This document shows positions 58,801 to 64,000 of a stretch of DNA of 64,000 nt, one piece after another (within the stretch, counting starts at the first letter, position 1; every line of letters begins with the position of its first letter). The position numbers and the translations under genes are program-made. The DNA comes from a virus. The stretch is taken from IMG/VR virus record IMGVR_UViG_3300050821_010764, positions 64,001 through 128,000 of that record; one strand, 5' to 3'. The notes under the pieces are model-generated. The model was not told where the DNA came from, ran no database searches, and worked only from the letters and a program-made list of their open reading frames with translations.

Positions 58801-61800
58801 CAATAATGAAATTCTCACCATTCCATTTACTAGAGAGTTGTATTTCTCAGTAGACTTCCCAATCAATTGGGCATTGTGTATTAATTCTATTGGTGAATTA
58901 GTCACTATTCCATTAACAGATTTTGATTCTGTTTTGGGCACTCCTAATGATCCTACTAGGCTAGTAGTTCTAAAAAATGTTATTTCTAATACTACCTATA
59001 CGGTGGATTCAACTACATTTGCCAATCTTCTAAATAATAGAAAAGATTTGACCATACTGTATATTGTAGCTTCGACTGTCTCTATGACGCCAACGGTCTC
59101 ACTATCTGTTAAAGATGTAAGAAGATATGTAAATGATCAAGACTCCAATATCCCGGCAGTAGTTACCGATGACAACTCACAGGGTAACTTTAAAAACTTT
59201 GTATCGGCTGCGACATGGATCAAACTAGATAACAAATTTCAAAATACCATTCAAATTAAGGGAAGTCAATTTGCAACTGTAGATCCCGGTTTCTCAGCCG
59301 GTAATAGTGTCAATATCGTAGGTGGTGGAGTTGGAGCCATACTTACTTTTAATACTAATGTAGTGATGTTTAATGTGAATTTCAAAGATTTAGAAATTCA
59401 TTTTCTTGGAAACACGACTCTAACTAATGTTAATTTTGATAACTGTGTAGTTTACAATGGTGGACCATCTCATAATTTCACGGCTACTAACTGTATTCTA
59501 AACAGATGTACTATTACAGTTGATGGAACCGCAACTCTTACTAATGTGTTAATCAATAAATCTACTGCAACTTTCGAGAGCACTATTATTGCAAATACCA
59601 CCAGATTTACTGATAGCATATTAACCTTCCTAATTGGTGGAACTTTTACTAATGTAATCATCGATCCATCTACGATAACGATTGGTGGAACGATTACCAT
59701 CAATTCTTCTGCTACTATTACCGATTCGACTATCCTAGTTACTACCGTCCAAGCTTTTGTAATAAGCAATCTTTTCAGATTTGAAAGAAATCAAGTTACC
59801 TATACGGGAGCCCCAGGTGGAGGATATGACACCACCGATCTAGTTAATGCAGGTGGAGGCATGATTTATGCCAGTGTAGGAGCCAACTTATCAGATGTTA
59901 TTGTCAGAGATAATACATTCACTACGGCTCTGACCGATAGATTCTCCTTTTTCAGTTTGCAACTAACTAGCTTCTCTTCTGTTATTGAAAATATTGATGT
60001 TTCCAAAAACAAGTTTATTTCTACAGCTATGGTAGATGATTTGAGAGCAGTTATCTCAATTGTATCTACTCTGACTGCACCAGCTAGTCCGGGCGCCTAT
60101 CCAAGATCTCCTAAATTAGTCAATGTATTTATTGATGGTAATATGTGCAACGCTAATCAGATGATTGTTGTATCTGTCCAGCGTACTCCGGGCGTGGTTG
60201 CTATCACTGGAGGCATGTTAACTACTACCAGTACAAAGATTTCTAATAACACCTGTGGTACCATTGGATTTATCACGGCAGCAGCTTCCGCTTCCGATTT
60301 CTCTAACGTTACCTCTCCAAATATTGGATTGATACAAGATAAATCAGATCAATTAGTCATCAGTGGTAATGCTTGCAAGTTTATTGCTAATCTTGATTTT
60401 AGAGGCGATTATATTCCATTCAGAAGTACAGCATATCCAGGAAACAATATTGACTTTGTTGCAACTGGTACCGGCGCTTTCAGCATCTACAATAACACTG
60501 TCAATTGGATTCAAGTTGGTTGCAGCGCTTATACTGTGCTAAATGACGGTGGCATCATCACTAGCAATAGAGTGTCTCCCGCTAATCCTGCCTATTTAAA
60601 CAACTTTACCGACGCATTAGTTAGCGGTGTTACACCGGGCAATGTAGGCATTTTGTTAAGAAGAGAATTTAACGGTACTGGCACTACTCGTAGCATTATT
60701 GCCAATAACATAATTGTTCAGAAGAATCTATTTAATACTGTTGGTACCGCCGTTAGCTATTATTATGATGCGGCTTTGGTCTGTTTCAACAGTGCCAATA
60801 TTACTGGCAACTCTATCATTGGCGTAGTCAACACCCTAACTAACCCACTATCTCCGTTCTCTACTATATTGTATTTGGGACCATCAGGTAATATGATTGT
60901 TTCAGGTAATAATTTGGATAGAGCTGGTTTAGGAATTCAATCTTATGTAGCTACAGCGCCTGGTGCGGTCAACCAAGTCTCTGTTACGAATAACATTTTC
61001 GATAGCCAATTTATTGATGTAGCTAATACTATCGAAACGGTGGGGGTTAATATTCCTTCTGCATGGTCATTCCGCAATAATAGAAATCAGATTTTCTATA
61101 AAGAAATATCTTTGGTAGATGACTCTTTTGGTTTAGATGGTCTTTTTGGGGCAGGAGTACAAAACAACTCTTATCCAGCACATACTCAGCTAACTCTTTT
61201 TGCCGACCAAAGAACTGGTGCTGACGGTTTTATTACTGTTTTTAGACAAATTGGTCCGGCTAGCTATACAGAAATAGCTTCTGATCATTTTATTCAAGTA
61301 CAAGATTTCGGTCAAGGCGCAAGCCATACATTTGGCTGGACTAAGCGTGGGGCAATTGATCCTTACTTGCCAGATAATGTTAGAATTTTGAACGCTAGAA
61401 TTGGATATTTTGAAAGTACTTGGAATAGCGTTAATGCTTTGGATTACAATGCCGCCCCTGCTTATAACGTTGCTACTTTAACTATGTTCAGGTACAAAGA
61501 TTCGACAACTTCAAATGATCCTCTCAATGGAGTATTGAATGTTAGAGACCAAATAACGGCTCATGCAGGAAGTTTTGGAAATGATAATTCTGTTTTTGAT
61601 AACGTAGCCGCCTCTCATCATATTACATCTGCTGGTGATGAAACCAATATTAGAACAAATACCGTTATTATCACTGCCGATTTAACTGCTCATGATTTTA
61701 CTACCAATCAAAATTACAGAATAGGTTATTCGTTAGAACAAAACTTTAAAAAAGCAGCTCCCACAGATGGCAACTTCGTCTTTTTTGATTGGTCTCCAAT

Positions 61801-61825
61801 TGTTTTGAAGTGCATTTATCGTTAA
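55874..61825 (+). CDS. Very large virion structural protein (baseplate/fibre-like) with a C-terminal parallel beta-helix-like region
   Basis: 1983 aa; repeated I-x-x-N / N-x-I patterns in the C-terminal ~800 aa; five DGY motifs. Confidence 0.7.
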   Translation: MSKFPSDFDDDTTLPFINDNLNDIGGEAINALRDVAFALEQNIGLGAAGTTNSIADRLGVSINPNGTIKASAIASLGLVTLPIRQDQIADDAEIPESKLRLDHRTQDLFNYIRDLSGDVNLALGWISVSGVKLEPHLIGAIYRHTMDQIDVTGDPIGFPFLKNKFRQFRNNLQSYNLVNDINNELLAHQWADGSNFTTGTVVTNNGSLFSANYGHTASGIFLNTTRFVNIPQIADDLQLFAEFIDESSILLLGTRIQNLYSNGISRVSRSSSLSIDGYGQSIIPMTPAIAYLKNIGSNSTPFDDIDRGDDIIEFKPLAAAKTSKSFDEQFALVKVGDIIRINYGTIETSFIIKEKKYIAASQKYLVRIAGKNLFYSPIAVARIDRPLVNNNKFGVLAIAPANNQFNQIPSLVVGSPRGAQALGVGFSSDEFNETHYLLYLALYPTGSPQDGYTILPGIDVTGNRGQTPGAYTLDSIVDATNAALRKPGFNYRFIAFSYQGEFGIMLADPYSDTAFSVLSAVVKPDGTFDAVATGIVFQNNVVDLFPVPPHTVAPDPLGFGPFGANIASPPFMLSYGSTEASQNPTRLFVPLKRNNYYVNGAEKERLNLQPGQALDGYGDGYWVGTIQVPLPVTGGRVEKVYRVAQDLSTSDLKIGKTLVVQSLGAGSLLDFGRFIIKDINFGCNPANFTDITVYDAVHAQGFSPTPTLGSDGNPANVALYFNSDSVSFNAETATDFVAVSPFKRHFEVYIDQFSNTFTHERGRMGISGSNIVIDTPTPVTLYGSTQPAKLDIIKISPKLRGYQFGPVTKINLNIIAFDSASGIYDGYLSSFDGSFHTHLGPTINGKKGEVTRFYDETNIDYIDVLFDITTIVGSFALQNIDIQLFPTLSLDDEVMLIGTCQLNDTTKFVNRVRDERQFGNTSEKELSTSALNFIALPERLLHFNGVIRGFDIVDVNAEVITLTGGQALVNGKFQLLNNEILTIPFTRELYFSVDFPINWALCINSIGELVTIPLTDFDSVLGTPNDPTRLVVLKNVISNTTYTVDSTTFANLLNNRKDLTILYIVASTVSMTPTVSLSVKDVRRYVNDQDSNIPAVVTDDNSQGNFKNFVSAATWIKLDNKFQNTIQIKGSQFATVDPGFSAGNSVNIVGGGVGAILTFNTNVVMFNVNFKDLEIHFLGNTTLTNVNFDNCVVYNGGPSHNFTATNCILNRCTITVDGTATLTNVLINKSTATFESTIIANTTRFTDSILTFLIGGTFTNVIIDPSTITIGGTITINSSATITDSTILVTTVQAFVISNLFRFERNQVTYTGAPGGGYDTTDLVNAGGGMIYASVGANLSDVIVRDNTFTTALTDRFSFFSLQLTSFSSVIENIDVSKNKFISTAMVDDLRAVISIVSTLTAPASPGAYPRSPKLVNVFIDGNMCNANQMIVVSVQRTPGVVAITGGMLTTTSTKISNNTCGTIGFITAAASASDFSNVTSPNIGLIQDKSDQLVISGNACKFIANLDFRGDYIPFRSTAYPGNNIDFVATGTGAFSIYNNTVNWIQVGCSAYTVLNDGGIITSNRVSPANPAYLNNFTDALVSGVTPGNVGILLRREFNGTGTTRSIIANNIIVQKNLFNTVGTAVSYYYDAALVCFNSANITGNSIIGVVNTLTNPLSPFSTILYLGPSGNMIVSGNNLDRAGLGIQSYVATAPGAVNQVSVTNNIFDSQFIDVANTIETVGVNIPSAWSFRNNRNQIFYKEISLVDDSFGLDGLFGAGVQNNSYPAHTQLTLFADQRTGADGFITVFRQIGPASYTEIASDHFIQVQDFGQGASHTFGWTKRGAIDPYLPDNVRILNARIGYFESTWNSVNALDYNAAPAYNVATLTMFRYKDSTTSNDPLNGVLNVRDQITAHAGSFGNDNSVFDNVAASHHITSAGDETNIRTNTVIITADLTAHDFTTNQNYRIGYSLEQNFKKAAPTDGNFVFFDWSPIVLKCIYR

Positions 61826-61833
61826 AGGAAAAA

Positions 61834-62019
61834 ATGAGCTTAGATGACAAATTCTTACTAATAAATCAAAAGTGTTCATGTATTGATCAGCCGCCTCGAT
61901 TAATTGATGGCTATGCTATAGTTAGAGAGCGCTGTTTACAATGTCATGGTAGGGGAGTTAAAACCTCTGAAATTTCATTGGCTGAATTAAAGGCTTGGTT
62001 AGATGGGTATTCTGGATAA
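61834..62019 (+). CDS. Small Cys-rich protein (CSC...CLQCHGRG)
   Basis: AAGGA RBS; TAATG coupling to the next gene; two DGY motifs. Confidence 0.6.
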   Translation: MSLDDKFLLINQKCSCIDQPPRLIDGYAIVRERCLQCHGRGVKTSEISLAELKAWLDGYSG

Positions 62020-62843
62020 TGTCAACCAATAATTTTTTCAAATCTAATTTGATGAATCTACATCACGTTGTTCAGGCGTCGATGTTGGTCTATCCTAAAG
62101 AAATGATTATCTCGGTTCTCAGAGATTTCTTTTCTAAGGACGACTATTATCATTACTCTAAAGATCAATGGGGATTTGCTAATACTACTGATCATACCGA
62201 TTTGCCACCTGGCGCCGACATCCCCGAAGGCGCTATTGGCTCCACAGCTACTTCTAGCATTTTACTGCCCACCAGAGTATTTATCGGAGAGAACTATCGA
62301 TACGATGGAATTTATTATCCTGCCATCTTGGTCAAAAGTGGCGGGGCTCGTTACGTCCCAATTTCCATTAATAGAGAGCAAGAAGGAATTCAATACGAAG
62401 ACTTAATCTTTGAAGATGGCTATGGTAACCAAACTATTGTTCATAAACCAGTTTCTTTTATTACTGCTGGCATATGGGAAGGATCAATTATTGTTGATGT
62501 TTTAACTAGAAGTCTAAGAGCTAGAGACGACTTAGTAGAAGCAATGGGTATGTTCTTTGCGGACATTACTTTTGATACTCTTCATGATGTGGGCATTATA
62601 GTCAAACCGCCTGTTATTGGGGCTGCTTCAGAGGCAGATGATAGAAATGACAAGCTATTTAGGCAAACTCTCACATTAGATATAAGAACTGAGTGGAGAA
62701 GGGAAGTGCCCGTAAGCAACGTCATTGACGCTATCTTCTTCACCGCAACTTTTGAAGATTTATCTAGACCTAGCAGCCCCGTTCCCGCTAATATGACTGT
62801 TAATACCGAAGTTAGCTTGACGGATATGCTACTAAACATGTAA
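62019..62843 (+). CDS. Putative tail completion/terminator protein
   Basis: Directly upstream of the sheath; YPAILV, IVDVLTRS..RDDL, LDIRTEW pattern. Confidence 0.55.
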   Translation: MSTNNFFKSNLMNLHHVVQASMLVYPKEMIISVLRDFFSKDDYYHYSKDQWGFANTTDHTDLPPGADIPEGAIGSTATSSILLPTRVFIGENYRYDGIYYPAILVKSGGARYVPISINREQEGIQYEDLIFEDGYGNQTIVHKPVSFITAGIWEGSIIVDVLTRSLRARDDLVEAMGMFFADITFDTLHDVGIIVKPPVIGAASEADDRNDKLFRQTLTLDIRTEWRREVPVSNVIDAIFFTATFEDLSRPSSPVPANMTVNTEVSLTDMLLNM

Positions 62844-62984
62844 ATTAGAGAGAATTCGAATGTCTAATTCGAAAAGTTTCAAGGTCAAGGTAAGACAATA
62901 AAATGTGCTAATATATCGCCCCCGATAGGAATATTATTACATTTTAATGATACAATCTACAAAACCGAGTGATAAGGATTCAAT

Positions 62985-64000
62985 ATGGCTAACATACCAG
63001 GCGCAACAAATGTCCTACCAGGAGTTTTTACTGACGTAATTACTCAATCACGTGGAGTATCAGTTCCTGGTGGTTCACGTATAGCCGCTATGATCGGCGA
63101 AGGCTCCACCGATGAAACCCTAGTTTCGCAAGCTGTTGGTGGTGGTCAAGACGGATTAAACCCCAGCTATACTGGAACGACTGGTCGTGACGGCAGACAC
63201 TTTCAACTTCAAAATTTCCCTCTAATTTCCAATAGAACCACCCTCTTCAAGAATGGCATTCCTCTAGTTGGTCTAGAGTCACTTATTGACAGCAATCCCT
63301 TCAGCAACAAATTTGACTATAGAGTCGACATCACCACTGGCAAAGTAGAGCTTCAAAGAGCCCACTTAGTTGACCAGGGCGGAGCCTTTTACTCAGCACT
63401 TTCTACTAACGTCGGTGTCGGTGTTATCAACAACCTAACCCTTGGCGATCCTAATGCTCCACCAGAGACTTGGACAGTTAGATGTGTGTCTGTTCAAAGA
63501 AACCCAATGAACGTACCTATTGCTGGTACCGCCTCTTTCTTAGCCTTCGGATCTATTTCAGGAGCCAAGTTGGATGCCAATGGTAATCCAGTCGTCTGGA
63601 TTGCTAACAACAATATCGTTACCAACGGAGTTTTAAGCTTCTCTATTCAAGAGACTGCCTCTACTCCATTCCGTGAAGGCGATGCTTTCACTATTTTGGT
63701 TGCTAGCGGAGTTTTGGTTCGTAATGATTCTTTGACCGCCAACTATATCCCAGTCCTTAATTTGAATGACCCTGTTCTACTTCAAGGTCTTGGTGCAGTT
63801 GTTCAAAGACACGGTCTTCCAAGCTTAACTAACAATCTTTCTTTGGGCGCTCAATTAGCTTTTGCTAACAACGCACCCGCTCTATTGACCGTTCAAGCTG
63901 CCCCTCCTATCCCAAGAAGAACTTCTTATGTTCTAGATTCTGATGTCAATGCGTTAGCTCCAGATGATGATGAATTCATCTTCCCATTGCCAGTTGGTGT
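62985..64000 (+). CDS. Tail sheath protein, 3'-truncated
   Basis: Translated by hand: MANIPGATNVLPGVFTDV...RIAAMIGEG (sheath PGV[YF] N-terminus); AAGGA RBS; open to the window end. Confidence 0.75.
   Translation, partial: MANIPGATNVLPGVFTDVITQSRGVSVPGGSRIAAMIGEGSTDETLVSQAVGGGQDGLNPSYTGTTGRDGRHFQLQNFPLISNRTTLFKNGIPLVGLESLIDSNPFSNKFDYRVDITTGKVELQRAHLVDQGGAFYSALSTNVGVGVINNLTLGDPNAPPETWTVRCVSVQRNPMNVPIAGTASFLAFGSISGAKLDANGNPVVWIANNNIVTNGVLSFSIQETASTPFREGDAFTILVASGVLVRNDSLTANYIPVLNLNDPVLLQGLGAVVQRHGLPSLTNNLSLGAQLAFANNAPALLTVQAAPPIPRRTSYVLDSDVNALAPDDDEFIFPLPVG

Noticed and set aside
62859-62902. Tiny ORF MSNSKSFKVKVRQ before the sheath gene
   Set aside because: Only 13 codons with no independent support.
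1-64000. Stop-codon reassignment as seen in some jumbo phages
   Set aside because: Long ORFs tile the window under code 11, and TAA, TGA and TAG (cca) all act as stops.
1-64000. tRNA or rRNA genes, given the CCA enzymes
   Set aside because: Intergenic gaps are short and I saw no cloverleaf or T-loop motif; tRNAscan-SE would confirm.

Overview
This window is the virion morphogenesis region of a large tailed dsDNA phage (probably a jumbo myovirus), AT-rich, almost all on the + strand and consistent with genetic code 11. Gene order: head-associated genes, a lambda gpA-type large terminase (6732), portal (8716), a lytic-transglycosylase-like protein, a Tyr/dual-specificity phosphatase, a prohead protease-scaffold fusion (16096), a block of probable internal head/ejection proteins, a decoration protein and the major capsid protein (29455). 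Next come a modular family of fibre/decoration-like proteins, accessory enzymes (patatin, HNH, cold-shock protein, methyltransferase, 2H phosphoesterase, zincin), neck and fibre proteins, a 1983-aa structural protein, a tail-completion protein and the start of a tail sheath (62985 to end). The most unusual signal is that the structural proteome is split by short peptide motifs. Asp-Gly-Tyr occurs 21 times in 10 proteins from 28.6 kb on and not once upstream, while a hydrophobic-x-K-x-[A/G] motif and a D-x-N-[D/N/H]-A-like motif are concentrated in the upstream head proteins. The window also has two class II nucleotidyltransferases (one canonical CCA-type, one with an altered nucleotide-selection motif), a recurring candidate late promoter, and sigma70-type promoters in front of two reverse-strand accessory units. 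All annotations come from motif recognition by eye; no database searches were run.
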